This document shows positions 6,956 to 16,430 of a stretch of 24,802 nt of DNA, piece by piece. This DNA comes from a virus. Lineage: Duplodnaviria > Heunggongvirae > Uroviricota > Caudoviricetes. A model generated the notes under the pieces. It did no database searches, was not told the DNA's origin, and worked only from the letters and a program-made list of their open reading frames with translations. The stretch is taken from positions 1 to 24,802 of IMG/VR virus record IMGVR_UViG_2778261420_000001; one strand, 5' to 3'. The translations under genes and the position numbers were made by a program. How positions within the stretch are numbered: position 1 is the stretch's first letter; each line of letters opens with the position of its first letter.

Positions 6956-7990
6956 TCACTCCATGGGTTCATCAAAATCAAGAATAAATTTCACCTCCCC
7001 CAGTCGTCTGATATCCGGGTCGCTGTTGATCCCCTCCATAATCAGGCGGCGCATCGGGATAACCTCATCCCTGTAATATGCCTCGCGGGATTTCAGTGGG
7101 TCACCAAGCCCGGCCGTATTTGCGGGAATGATGCCGGCAAGTCCGGGTGGGAAACGGTGCGCGACGAGCTGATCCTGGGCACTGATGGTTTTTATATTCA
7201 GGAACTCATCTTTTGTACCTGAATCCCCGATAGGGATCACCTTAACGCCTTCTTTGTCTCCGCCCGGTATATTGATAAACATGGATTTAAAATTGCCCGC
7301 CCCTTTTGACGCCTCTATCTTTTTACGGAATTCCGCCTCGAGCTCGGGATCCATGTCCGGGTCAGTGGAATACAGGATATAACCAAGATGTGCGCCGTTC
7401 TTGTAATACTTGCGGCGAAAGCGGGTGGCATCCACATTCAGCATGGCGGATTCCATCCCGTGAATATAATCCGGTACACCGTAAACCTGCTGTTGCGGGT
7501 CATAAATGGCCACGAACACCACTTCGCCTGGCGGGTAAACGAGATCTTCCAGTGCCGCCTGCACAATCACCGTGCCACCCTCGTTGTTACGCCGCAGGTA
7601 CAGCGACGGCAGTGTGTGCAGGCGCACTACCAGACCGAAGCCATTGCGCACTTTAAGCAGACCCATATCCCCGAATATCAGCAGATTGGTCACCGCTGCC
7701 GCCATGGCGGCGTGTGTCATACCACCGCCCCCCCTAAAACCCTGCATGATCATATTGACGCGCGCACGCAATACCGCGCCGTGATACGGTGCGATATTGG
7801 CCAACATAGCGAGATCCATGCGCTCAATGGGCGGCGTGTACCAGCCGTTATAGCCATCCCAGAGCGAGCCGTAATAACAGCCCCATGCAGCGACTGGTTC
7901 CGGGTCACCAAATTCAATAAACGTCATTTTGCTGGCTGTTTTTTTTGCCACGCCATCGTGTAGCACGGGGGATTTTTTCTTTTTACTCAT
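6956..7990 (-). CDS. Q: Portal protein, P2 gpQ-like (344 aa)
   Basis: Same length as P2 Q and positioned immediately downstream of, and overlapping by 8 nt, the terminase ATPase gene on the same strand, as in P2. Confidence 0.85.
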   Translation of the reverse strand: MSKKKKSPVLHDGVAKKTASKMTFIEFGDPEPVAAWGCYYGSLWDGYNGWYTPPIERMDLAMLANIAPYHGAVLRARVNMIMQGFRGGGGMTHAAMAAAVTNLLIFGDMGLLKVRNGFGLVVRLHTLPSLYLRRNNEGGTVIVQAALEDLVYPPGEVVFVAIYDPQQQVYGVPDYIHGMESAMLNVDATRFRRKYYKNGAHLGYILYSTDPDMDPELEAEFRKKIEASKGAGNFKSMFINIPGGDKEGVKVIPIGDSGTKDEFLNIKTISAQDQLVAHRFPPGLAGIIPANTAGLGDPLKSREAYYRDEVIPMRRLIMEGINSDPDIRRLGEVKFILDFDEPME

Positions 7991-9770
7991 CTGACAGGAT
8001 CCATGTTGATTTGCGCTTGTGCTTATAGTTCAGGGGTTCATTACTTGCGGCATGAGCTATGGCAAAGAAGATGTCTGCGTGCCCGGTTTTTTCGCTACGT
8101 TCGGCGGTGAAAGTGACTTTATTGCCACTGTTAGTGGACTCCTGACGAATGGCCAGGAACGATGCCGGAATATCTGTGGCTTCTTCATCCCACTCAATAC
8201 GGTTGGCGTAAATCAGATCCAGCATCTTCATCACCAGGCGGTTTTTGGATTCAACGCTGTAATGAATGGCCACTGTTTCACGGCGGGCAAATCCCTGAAC
8301 CAGCTCAAAGACACCGTAGCCAAGACCGGTGACGTCAATGCCGATAAATGTCATGTTATAGCGCGCCTTAATGCTGCGGATACGCTCTGCCATAAACTGG
8401 AATGACATACTGCGCCAGTGGTGTTTTTCCAGCACGCGGAATCGTTCTGCCGAAACCAGCGGCGGTGCCAGCACCACAAACGTGGCGTTATCGCCGGAGC
8501 GCGCAGGGTCAAAGCCACCCCACACCTCACGGTTACCAAATGGCATGGGTTCTTCCGGGTGAAAATCCTCCCACGTACTGACATCAACGCCACAGCGCAC
8601 GAGGTCATCGAATTTAAAGACGCTCTCTTTGTCATCCACAAACACACACATAAACAGCATATTGAACGCTGTTTCGTTGTATCGCTCGCGCAGCTCGTTG
8701 ATGTCAGCAAGGTTAAAGCCGCCGGCAATGGCATCTTCCAGCGTAACCACATAGCGCCACTGACCGTCCGGGCATTCGCGCCCGCCATCACGCAGTTCAT
8801 CAAAGGACGGAAACTCAACCCCTTTTCGTTTCGGATCACCTTTGCGCCATTCATCGCCAGACCAGAACGGATAACCCTGGTGTGTTTTGGATGACGGCGT
8901 GGAGAAATAGGTAATGCGCCAGTGTTTATGGGTGGCCATCCCTGACGCCACTTCATTGAGACGGCGAAAACCGGGGATCCACAGGTATTCGTCAATGTAC
9001 AGGTGGCCGCTGTTTGACTGTGCCGTGTTGCTGTTGGTCGCCAGAAAATACAGTTCAGCCAAATTACTTAACTTAACCGGATTGCCTTTAATGGGAATGC
9101 CAAACTCTGTTTGTGCAATTTTTACAATATAAGTACGGAACACTTCGGCCTGACGTTTTGATGCCGATAAAAATATCTGTGTGTCGCCGGTTAATACCGC
9201 ATCTTCAAACGCCTCAAACGCGAAGTAATACGTCGCCCCAATCTGACGGGATTTAAGCAGGTTGCGTACACGGCGGAATTTGTTTTCACGCAGGCGCAAC
9301 TGATAAGCAAACAACTTCTTCGTAAACGGCTCAAAACTTTCAGCAGTCAGTCCGGAAACGTCATTAGTTTTGCGGGGACGCTCTTTCTTACCTGCACCTT
9401 TTTCTCCGCGTTCTTCTTTTCCATAACGGCCCGGCTGGGGGATGTCCACTCCCATTCGCGCAATCTCAGCCATTCGTTCCGTGTGCTTGTTTCTGACCGA
9501 CATTAGTTTGACGTGATGACCAATCAGGCGGTCGAGTTCATCGTGTTCTTCCGGCGTTTTATGGTCACGCTCCGCCAGTACAGCGAGACGCCGGGCGATA
9601 ACATCCTCCACACCTTCCGTATTGAGCTGCGTGTACCACTCAAACTTTGTCGCCCAGTAATAAACAATTCGCGGGCTGTTCAGTCCGAGTTTCTTTTGTA
9701 TTTCTTTTGGTGTGTGCCTTTTCAGATAGAGCGATTTTGCAGCAGCAATCACCTCATCAGAATACGCCAT
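7983..9770 (-). CDS. P: Terminase large (ATPase) subunit, P2 gpP-like (595 aa)
   Basis: Shares the gpP-type segments KSRQIGATY.FA.EAF, GMAT...W..TYFSTPS, VWGG.DP.R.GD...FV..APP and GYGVFELVQ. Transcribed divergently from the O-N-M-L operon, as in P2. Confidence 0.9.
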   Translation of the reverse strand: MAYSDEVIAAAKSLYLKRHTPKEIQKKLGLNSPRIVYYWATKFEWYTQLNTEGVEDVIARRLAVLAERDHKTPEEHDELDRLIGHHVKLMSVRNKHTERMAEIARMGVDIPQPGRYGKEERGEKGAGKKERPRKTNDVSGLTAESFEPFTKKLFAYQLRLRENKFRRVRNLLKSRQIGATYYFAFEAFEDAVLTGDTQIFLSASKRQAEVFRTYIVKIAQTEFGIPIKGNPVKLSNLAELYFLATNSNTAQSNSGHLYIDEYLWIPGFRRLNEVASGMATHKHWRITYFSTPSSKTHQGYPFWSGDEWRKGDPKRKGVEFPSFDELRDGGRECPDGQWRYVVTLEDAIAGGFNLADINELRERYNETAFNMLFMCVFVDDKESVFKFDDLVRCGVDVSTWEDFHPEEPMPFGNREVWGGFDPARSGDNATFVVLAPPLVSAERFRVLEKHHWRSMSFQFMAERIRSIKARYNMTFIGIDVTGLGYGVFELVQGFARRETVAIHYSVESKNRLVMKMLDLIYANRIEWDEEATDIPASFLAIRQESTNSGNKVTFTAERSEKTGHADIFFAIAHAASNEPLNYKHKRKSTWILSDE

Positions 9771-9857
9771 AAATAAACCTCACCTGCTGATGCAATTTTA
9801 ATTTATGCATTTTCAGCAAAGGCTTTTTTAAAAACGAATATCGCTTTTCGGTATTTT

Positions 9858-9881
9858 TCGGATATATACGCATATCCGAAA
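9858..9881. promoter_or_regulatory. Perfect 9-bp inverted repeat TTCGGATAT-N6-ATATCCGAA in the divergent P/O late-promoter region
   Basis: Located in the ~190-bp AT-rich intergenic region between the divergently transcribed terminase and scaffold genes. A second dyad, ATGCA-N11-TGCAT, lies at ~9795-9815. Candidate binding sites for the late activator or another regulator. Confidence 0.3.
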
Positions 9882-9964
9882 GTACCGGAAATTAATCAGA
9901 TGACGACATTTTTATTTCTCCGTTAAATAACGCCAGTTTAATTTTTATCAGCGGGTTAATTCAG

Positions 9965-10855
9965 ATGTCGAAACTGAAAACAGACTGGGTGGTCGTAGCC
10001 ACTTCAGGCCCCACCATCGACGGTCGGGAAATTGATCCAAAGTGGCTGACGGATGCCGCCGAGGTTTATAACCCGGACGAACACACCGCCATGCTCTGGC
10101 CGTTTCATGCCAGCGCCGGCTGGCGTGCTTTCACCAATAACTATGGTCTTGTTGATGCACTGAAGGCGGAAAAAGTCGGTGATAAAGTGCAGCTGAAAGC
10201 CCGCCTGATACCCAACCGCTTTCTGACCGAAGCCAACGAGGCTGGACAAAAACTTTTCACCTCCATAGAGGTAAAGGAAAACTACCTGGGAACAGGCAAA
10301 TTCTTTGTATCCGGTATCGCTGTGACTGACACACCGGCCAGCATCAACACCACCCGCCTGCAATTTTCGCAGGGAGATTCCATTCACATGGGGAATGCAG
10401 AAGAACTGAATTTCACGCTGCAGTCTGACGACGAGCAGGCCAAACGCAGTTTCTTTTCCGGCCTTTTCTCCGTGGGACGCAACAAACAGGAAAACGATAT
10501 GAACGAAAAACAGTTCAGCCAGTTGATGGACGCTATCAACAAAACCGGCGAACGCCTGGACAAACTGGAAGAAAACGTCGCGCAGTTCAGCGCGAAGGAT
10601 GCCCCGAAAGATACCTGTGATAACAAGCCGGAAGGCAGCACCGGCGATCAGGGGCAGGACAACGCAGAACAGAACAACAAGGACGACAAAACCTTCACGC
10701 TGACCACCGAGCAGGGCGAAAAGCTGTTCTCCACAGTGAACGCCATCGCGGAGAAGGTTACCAGTATGGAAACCGCATTTGCTGAACTCAGCAAGGACGC
10801 CACGAAGCTGCCGGGCAACAATCCGGCCGGTGGCGAAACTTTTAACCTGGTGTAA
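9965..10855 (+). CDS. O: Capsid scaffolding protein, P2 gpO-like (296 aa)
   Basis: First gene of the rightward head operon; the N-terminal region resembles gpO (...VDGREI...L.AEK...; ...GIAVTDTPAS...) and the C-terminal half is a charged coiled-coil-like stretch. Confidence 0.8.
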   Translation: MSKLKTDWVVVATSGPTIDGREIDPKWLTDAAEVYNPDEHTAMLWPFHASAGWRAFTNNYGLVDALKAEKVGDKVQLKARLIPNRFLTEANEAGQKLFTSIEVKENYLGTGKFFVSGIAVTDTPASINTTRLQFSQGDSIHMGNAEELNFTLQSDDEQAKRSFFSGLFSVGRNKQENDMNEKQFSQLMDAINKTGERLDKLEENVAQFSAKDAPKDTCDNKPEGSTGDQGQDNAEQNNKDDKTFTLTTEQGEKLFSTVNAIAEKVTSMETAFAELSKDATKLPGNNPAGGETFNLV

Positions 10856-10869
10856 CCGGAGAGAACGCA

Positions 10870-11883
10870 ATGAACATGACACCAGAAGCACAAAAGCTGG
10901 TTAATCAGTACATCAGCGAACTGCAAAAAACATTCAGTGACTGCGGGAAATCAAGCGATCGTTTCTTTTCGCTGACCGAGCCACGCAGTATTGCTCTGCG
11001 TAAAGCCCTGCTGGAAAGCACGGAGTTTCTGAGTTTCATCACCTGCATGGACGTTCCGCACCCGCAGGGGCAGGTCGTCACCGTGGGCGAATCCACACTG
11101 CGCACCGGTCGCGTGAAAAGCGGTCGTTTCGCTAAAGGTTCGGGCATCAAAGGCAACGAATTTAAACTCGTTGAAACTGATTCCTGCTGCGTGATCACCT
11201 GGGAACAACTCGCCATCTGGGCGAATGCCGGCAGCCCGCAGGAATTTTTCAACCTGATGAACTCCGCCGCCGTTACCAACTTTGCGCTGGATATGCTGCG
11301 CATTGGCTTTAACGGTAAAACAGCAGCGGAAAACTCTGACCCGGAAAGTCACCCGAACGGCGAAGACGTCAACATCGGCTGGCATGAAATCGCCAAAAAG
11401 TGGGGAGAACAGCCCGGCAATACCTCCCGTATTCTGACAGACGCCGTTACCCTGGGCGAAGGCGGCGATTATGTCGGTCTTGATGCCATGGCCTCAGACC
11501 TGATCCGCACTTACATCCCGGCACAGTATCACAACGACCCACGACTTACCGTACTGGTCGGCGCAGACCTTGTGGCTGCTGAAGAACTACGCCTCTACAA
11601 CAAAGAGGATAAGCCTACCGAAAAAGTGGCCGCACAGTTGCTGACGAAGAACATTGCAGGCCGCAAGGCCATCATTCCGCCGTTTATGCCGGGCAAACGT
11701 ATGGTGGTGACCATGCTGCCAAACCTGCAGATCCTGACGCTGAAAGGCTCCCGCCGCCGCAAGGCAGAAGATGTGGGCGATCGCAAACAGTTCGAAAACT
11801 CATACTGGCGTTACGAGGGGTACGCCCTGGGCGATCCGGATTTATATGCTGCCGTAGATGAGTCTGCGGTCACCATCGCCTGA
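10870..11883 (+). CDS. N: Major capsid protein, P2 gpN-like (337 aa)
   Basis: GGAGAG Shine-Dalgarno then ATG. Shares gpN-type motifs (GFNGKTAAENSD..., GEGGDYVGLDAM, NDPRLTVLVG). Lies between the scaffold and terminase small-subunit genes. Confidence 0.85.
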   Translation: MNMTPEAQKLVNQYISELQKTFSDCGKSSDRFFSLTEPRSIALRKALLESTEFLSFITCMDVPHPQGQVVTVGESTLRTGRVKSGRFAKGSGIKGNEFKLVETDSCCVITWEQLAIWANAGSPQEFFNLMNSAAVTNFALDMLRIGFNGKTAAENSDPESHPNGEDVNIGWHEIAKKWGEQPGNTSRILTDAVTLGEGGDYVGLDAMASDLIRTYIPAQYHNDPRLTVLVGADLVAAEELRLYNKEDKPTEKVAAQLLTKNIAGRKAIIPPFMPGKRMVVTMLPNLQILTLKGSRRRKAEDVGDRKQFENSYWRYEGYALGDPDLYAAVDESAVTIA

Positions 11884-11900
11884 TAAACGGAGCGCACGGT

Positions 11901-12611
11901 ATGCCAACGCCAATGCAGCGACAACGTGCCCGACAGATGGATGAGCGCCGTGCGGCGCTCATGACCAGAACGGACGGGAGCGCCATCAGCACAGAGAGTC
12001 AGCACATTAAGCTGCTGGCACTGGATAACGACATCAGACAACTGCACAACATGGAGCTGCTGTCTGACAAGCTGGAATTCAAACGGAACACGCTGCTGCC
12101 CCGCTGGCTGCCACACGCACAGGCTTATCTGGAGGGGGAACGCGTCTATCAGAATCCCATTCTGGTGTACTGCATCATCTGGCTGTTCGATACCGGGCAG
12201 TTTGAGATGGCGCTGCGGTGGGCTGACATTGCCATTGAGCAGGGGCAAAAGACGCCGGAGAACTTCAAAAGCGAGCTGCCAACGTTTGTGGCCCATTTCA
12301 TTCTTGAATGGGCAGAAACCGAAGCTGAACGCGGGAACAGTATCGCGCCATATTTTCAGCAGGTGTTTGAAAAAATCCGTGACAAATGGCGCGTGAATGA
12401 ACGCCTTGCTGCCCGCTACTGGCGCTTTGCAGGCGTCCTGCTGCTGCGCGGCGATGACGGTAAACCGCTGGCCAGTGCAATTAACGATCCGGAGAGACTG
12501 CAACAGGCCGACCAGTGTCTGGAACAGGCTGCCTGGCTGCATCCAAAAATTCAGGTGAAAACCCTGCGCCAGCGCATTGCCGCAAGACTGCGCGCGTTGC
12601 AGGGCACGTAA
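11901..12611 (+). CDS. M: Terminase small / endonuclease subunit, P2 gpM-like (236 aa)
   Basis: Conserved Q-P-O-N-M-L synteny, gpM-like size, and an N-terminal MPTPMQRQRARQM... segment similar to P2 M as I recall it. Confidence 0.8.
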   Translation: MPTPMQRQRARQMDERRAALMTRTDGSAISTESQHIKLLALDNDIRQLHNMELLSDKLEFKRNTLLPRWLPHAQAYLEGERVYQNPILVYCIIWLFDTGQFEMALRWADIAIEQGQKTPENFKSELPTFVAHFILEWAETEAERGNSIAPYFQQVFEKIRDKWRVNERLAARYWRFAGVLLLRGDDGKPLASAINDPERLQQADQCLEQAAWLHPKIQVKTLRQRIAARLRALQGT

Positions 12612-12709
12612 ACGACTCCCAACAACCGGGCGGGCGCGGTGGAGGTGTGCCGGCAAAAGCCATCAGCACACTGCGGAAACCGGTCAGCCCGCCTTTCCCC
12701 GGAGTGAGC

Positions 12710-13204
12710 ATGTTTGACGGGAAAAGCATTCACTATCAGCAGGCCATTATTCAGAACGATGGATTCTGGCCGGATATTGATGCCGGCGATTTTGAAAAGA
12801 GCCGCAGCATCCCCGCCGTCACGTCACACGAAACGGTGCTGACGGCGCTGCTTTGCGCGGTAACAGAGATTAACACTGAACTGGCTGCACGCCGTGAATA
12901 CTGGCAGGAACAGGGCTACATCCGGGCCGCTGATATTCCGGGTTACACCGTGTTGCAACCAGAGCCGCGCAATACGGATGCACAACCTGAACAGATGCAG
13001 AACCACATTACAGCACTGTACACCAAGGCTGTGTATGCACGCGCAAAGGCTGATCTTTTGCCGGAATCTGCCAGCGTGGGGCGACGCGAGGCGCAGCCCT
13101 CATCAGAAGCCAGCGAGAGCCGCCGGACGTTGCTGGCTGAAGCGGCAATGGCGGTGCGGGCGCTGCTGGGCCGACCGCGTGCATCCATCGCGCTGATTGA
13201 TTAA
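12710..13204 (+). CDS. L: Head completion/stabilisation protein, P2 gpL-like (164 aa)
   Basis: Start taken at the ATG after a GGAGTGAG Shine-Dalgarno; the track ORF begins upstream at 12515. Contains a gpL-like FWPDIDAGDF motif (P2: FFPDIDPK). Confidence 0.8.
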   Translation: MFDGKSIHYQQAIIQNDGFWPDIDAGDFEKSRSIPAVTSHETVLTALLCAVTEINTELAARREYWQEQGYIRAADIPGYTVLQPEPRNTDAQPEQMQNHITALYTKAVYARAKADLLPESASVGRREAQPSSEASESRRTLLAEAAMAVRALLGRPRASIALID

Positions 13205-13213
13205 GGAAATGGT

Positions 13214-13687
13214 ATGACGCAACTCGCCAGCCTGACGGCATTCATTGAAAACAATCTGCCGGCACGCGCACGCATTCCGTTCACCAGTGACATGGATGAC
13301 ATAACGCTCCTTCCGTTTACGAAGTCGCTGGGGCACGGGCAGTTATGTACGCAGGTCCGAAAATATACAGCTTTTCTGCGATGGGACGCATGGCCCTATC
13401 GTCAGCTCAATCCGGATTTGGTGTTTTCTCTGGTTGAAGCCTGGCTGGCAGACAACGCCGGCGACCTGCGCCAGCGCCTGGCACCGGATGCGCCAGCCGT
13501 TGACGTCGAAGTGGATGATGAAAATGAAGTTGCATGGTTGGAAATCAGTCTGCCGCTGGTTGATCCCATCACCCTGGTTGAGGATGAAAACGGCCCCATC
13601 CCCAGAGGCGGGAAACGTTACCAGCTGGAAAAGCCTGAAATCTGGGTGGCTCAGGCGCATCAGCTTCACTGTCAGGTGATGCCATGA
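13214..13687 (+). CDS. Hypothetical virion protein (157 aa), possibly a head-tail joining component
   Basis: AAGGAAA Shine-Dalgarno then ATG, tightly packed between gpL and the next gene with an ATGA stop/start overlap. Acidic C-terminal half. Function inferred from position only. Confidence 0.45.
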   Translation: MTQLASLTAFIENNLPARARIPFTSDMDDITLLPFTKSLGHGQLCTQVRKYTAFLRWDAWPYRQLNPDLVFSLVEAWLADNAGDLRQRLAPDAPAVDVEVDDENEVAWLEISLPLVDPITLVEDENGPIPRGGKRYQLEKPEIWVAQAHQLHCQVMP

Positions 13688-14397
13688 CGCGCCCAGTGAT
13701 TAACGAGTCACAACTCCGGCAGGTTCGTCGCGCCATCAGAGAGGCAGAACTTCCGCCGGCAAAGGCCAGAAAGCTGCTGGTTCGCATTGCGAAATACGGC
13801 CTGATACCGGTTGCACGACGCAATGTGAAAGCACAGCGAACACCGGAGGGGGCAGCCTGGGCACCACGAAAAAGACCGGATAAAGCCAGCGGCAGGTATA
13901 AAAACAAAATGCTGCTGGGACTGCCGAAACTGCTGGCCATCAGGGTTGACGGCAGCGGGAAAAGTGTCCGCCTTTTCTTCAAAAAAGGGGATTACAACAC
14001 CGGCTCTCATGGTGGGGCGGTCGCGTGGGTGCAACAGCACGGCGCAACCATCAAAGGCCGCGCCACAAAACGCCGGGACAGCGAAGCCATGCGCACCCGT
14101 CCCGCCACACGACGGCAGGCAGAACGCCTTCTTTCTCTGGGCTTTCGCGCCCCCGTCGGCGCAGTCAGCAAAAAAACCGGACGCAGGGGACGCAGAAAGC
14201 CTTCTCTGAAATGGATTATGGAAAACATGAGTATGGCGCAGGCCGGACTGGTGATCAGCATTCTGAAAGGCGAGCAGAAAAAACGTGTATGGGAAATCAA
14301 AATCCCCTCCCGCGCATTTCTGGGAGCCAGCGATGCTGAATTTGCCCGCATTCTGGAAGCGCAGCTGCGCAGCCTGCATTACGGCGGCACGAGATAA
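13684..14397 (+). CDS. Putative virion morphogenesis / tail completion protein (237 aa)
   Basis: Translationally coupled to the previous ORF and lying between the head module and the sheath-like gene. Basic, Arg/Lys-rich protein. Assignment is positional. Confidence 0.4.
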   Translation: MTRPVINESQLRQVRRAIREAELPPAKARKLLVRIAKYGLIPVARRNVKAQRTPEGAAWAPRKRPDKASGRYKNKMLLGLPKLLAIRVDGSGKSVRLFFKKGDYNTGSHGGAVAWVQQHGATIKGRATKRRDSEAMRTRPATRRQAERLLSLGFRAPVGAVSKKTGRRGRRKPSLKWIMENMSMAQAGLVISILKGEQKKRVWEIKIPSRAFLGASDAEFARILEAQLRSLHYGGTR

Positions 14398-14416
14398 CAA
14401 AATCAGGAGACAAACC

Positions 14417-15565
14417 ATGACATGGCCATCTGTCACGATTGAACAGTACAACACATTCAGCAGTTCACCGGACGGCGTGGAAAATACGCTGCTGTTTGTG
14501 GGCAATGCACAAAACAACAAAGGTAAGGTTCTGCCGGTTAATACCAACAGCGATCTGGATGAACTGCTGGGAACAAACGCCAGCCCGCTGAAGAACTTCC
14601 TTCAGTCTGCGCTGACCAATGCCGGACAGAATGCCTTTTTCTATGTTGCCGTTCTGCCGGAAGCCGGCAAAGGCAAAAGTGTAGCGCCAGCCTACCAGGT
14701 ATGGCAGAACGCCATACTGGCGGCTCAGGAAACTGTATCAGTTGAAGGCGTGGTGATCACCGAGCCGGTCAGCACGAAGGATGACATCAACGCCATACAG
14801 GCGTTACGTCAGACCATCATCAATAAATATCAGCGCCGCATCTGGTTCATCCTGACCATCGCCGCCAACGACAACAGTAAAACCTGGGCGGAATACGTTG
14901 CCGAACTGACCGCGCTACAGAAAGGCATTGCTGCTCCGCAGGTCATGCTGGTTCCGGAGATTTTTGGATTTGAACCGGGCGTTCTTGCCGGTCGCCTGTG
15001 TAACAGCGCTGTTACCATTGCTGACAGTCCGGCACGTGTGGCAACCGGGCCCCTGTCCGCACTGAAAACCACAGAACGCCCGAAAGACAGCACAGGGCAG
15101 GCAATTGATCTCGACACTCTGCAGGCACTGGCAACCGCCCGCTACAGCGTGCCCATGTGGTATGCCGACTATGACGGCCTTTACTGGGCTGACGGTGTAA
15201 CACTTGAGGTGGAAGGCGGGGACTACAACGTCATTGAGCATGTCCGCATTGCTGATAAGGTGGCGCGCCGCGTGCGGCTGATGGCCATCCCCAAGATTGC
15301 CGACCGCTCGCTGAACAGCACGCCGGGCAGCATTGCCGCACATGAAACGCTGTTTGCCCGCCCACTGCGTGCCATGGCGAAATCCATGCAAATTAACGGC
15401 ATCACGTTTCCGGGCGAAGTGAAATCGCCCCGGAAAGGCGACGTGGTTATCACCTGGCAGGACGAAAAGACGGTCAGCATCAGCATTGTCGTCCGCCCTT
15501 ACGCCTGCCCTAAAACCATCAAAGTGGGCATTCAGCTGGATAAATCTCTGGAGGAAAACGCATGA
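14417..15565 (+). CDS. Putative tail sheath protein (382 aa), not P2 FI-like
   Basis: CAGGAG Shine-Dalgarno then ATG at ~14417; the track ORF starts further upstream at 14285. It is the first large gene of the tail cluster and is followed by a tube-sized gene, chaperones and tape measure. I could not align it to P2 FI from memory. Confidence 0.5.
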   Translation: MTWPSVTIEQYNTFSSSPDGVENTLLFVGNAQNNKGKVLPVNTNSDLDELLGTNASPLKNFLQSALTNAGQNAFFYVAVLPEAGKGKSVAPAYQVWQNAILAAQETVSVEGVVITEPVSTKDDINAIQALRQTIINKYQRRIWFILTIAANDNSKTWAEYVAELTALQKGIAAPQVMLVPEIFGFEPGVLAGRLCNSAVTIADSPARVATGPLSALKTTERPKDSTGQAIDLDTLQALATARYSVPMWYADYDGLYWADGVTLEVEGGDYNVIEHVRIADKVARRVRLMAIPKIADRSLNSTPGSIAAHETLFARPLRAMAKSMQINGITFPGEVKSPRKGDVVITWQDEKTVSISIVVRPYACPKTIKVGIQLDKSLEENA

Positions 15566-16017
15566 CGACCCGCATTAACGGCATGGCGTTTGACACTTTT
15601 ATCGGTGGAACGGATATCCATGTGAAAAGCATCTCACTGGACATCAGCGATGAAAGCGCCGTTGCCAAAACCCGTGGCATCCCTGACGGCAAACTGCGCG
15701 GCCCTGTCAGTGCCGAAGGTGAAATCGAAATGAGTACCCGCAGCTTTAACCAGCTCGGGGAAGTGGCTGCTCAGGCGGGATCGTGGCGTGACCTGCCGCC
15801 AATGGATTTTGTGTTTTACGCCAACACGGGCACTGAAGAAATCCGCGTTGAAGCCTTCGGTTGTGAGCTGATGCTTTCCGGCCTGTTAAGCATTGACACC
15901 GAAAGCGCAGATCTGACCACGCACAAAATCAAGTACGTGGTGGCAAGCCCTGACTTTGTGCGTATCAACGGCGTGCCCGTTCTCTCAGAGAACGACGTGC
16001 GCGGACTGATGGGGTGA
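15562..16017 (+). CDS. Putative tail tube protein (151 aa)
   Basis: ATGA overlap with the sheath-like gene; size and position are typical of a contractile-tail tube protein. Confidence 0.45.
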   Translation: MTTRINGMAFDTFIGGTDIHVKSISLDISDESAVAKTRGIPDGKLRGPVSAEGEIEMSTRSFNQLGEVAAQAGSWRDLPPMDFVFYANTGTEEIRVEAFGCELMLSGLLSIDTESADLTTHKIKYVVASPDFVRINGVPVLSENDVRGLMG

Positions 16018-16020
16018 ACC

Positions 16021-16317
16021 ATGCAGGAGCATGAGCGCACCATTATCACCCTGGGCATTCTGGGTGGAATCGCTGCCGCAAGTCGGGTGCTGGCTGGCGC
16101 AGAGCCGATTACGTTGCGGTTGTTTGTGGGTCGAACCCTGCTGGGGAGCGCGCTGGGTGTTTCTGCCGCTGCCCTGCTGGTTCGTTACCCGAACCTTGAC
16201 CCACTGGCCATTGCCGGCGCAGGCACTGCAATGGGCGTTGCCGGTTACCAGATTGTTGAAATCTTCCTGCGTCATATGCGCCGGAAGCTGGGCGAGAAAG
16301 AGAACAAAGAGGAGTAA
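16021..16317 (+). CDS. Holin-like small membrane protein (98 aa)
   Basis: Three predicted hydrophobic helices (IITLGILGGIAAASRVLAG, TLLGSALGVSAAALLV, LAIAGAGTAMGVAGYQIV) followed by a charged C-terminus (RHMRRKLGEKENKEE); lies immediately upstream of the endolysin. Confidence 0.55.
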   Translation: MQEHERTIITLGILGGIAAASRVLAGAEPITLRLFVGRTLLGSALGVSAAALLVRYPNLDPLAIAGAGTAMGVAGYQIVEIFLRHMRRKLGEKENKEE

Positions 16318-16322
16318 CAGCA

Positions 16323-16430
16323 ATGCTGTCCCGCAGGGAACAAAAAGCTGCTGCCATTGCCTGGAAAATTATCCGGGCACTGTGGTACTGGCTGCGCAAA
16401 CCTCAGCAACCTCATAAGGAGCAAAAATGA
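16323..16430 (+). CDS. Small ORF (35 aa) between holin and endolysin; possible lysis-cassette accessory peptide
   Basis: Not in the supplied track because it is under 60 aa. ATG at ~16323 with a strong AAAGAGGAG Shine-Dalgarno; its stop overlaps the endolysin start (ATGA). Peptide MLSRREQKAAAIAWKIIRALWYWLRKPQQPHKEQK is amphipathic and Trp-rich. Confidence 0.4.
   Translation: MLSRREQKAAAIAWKIIRALWYWLRKPQQPHKEQK

Noticed and set aside
6890-6960. P2-type cos site (GGCGAGGCGGGGAAAGCAC or its complement) downstream of the portal gene
   Set aside because: Only a weak partial resemblance (…CTCTTTCCCC…) was seen by eye; no convincing match. cos cannot be placed without a search or virion end mapping.
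10004-10891. 295-aa ORF on the - strand
   Set aside because: Antisense to the gpO scaffold gene within the conserved O-N-M-L operon.
14285-14416. Upstream start of the sheath-like ORF as given in the track
   Set aside because: It would overlap the preceding gene by over 100 nt; the ATG at ~14417 follows a CAGGAG Shine-Dalgarno and begins right after the upstream stop codon.
13708-14547. 279-aa ORF on the - strand
   Set aside because: Antisense to two co-oriented, translationally coupled + strand structural genes; no Shine-Dalgarno or domain features.
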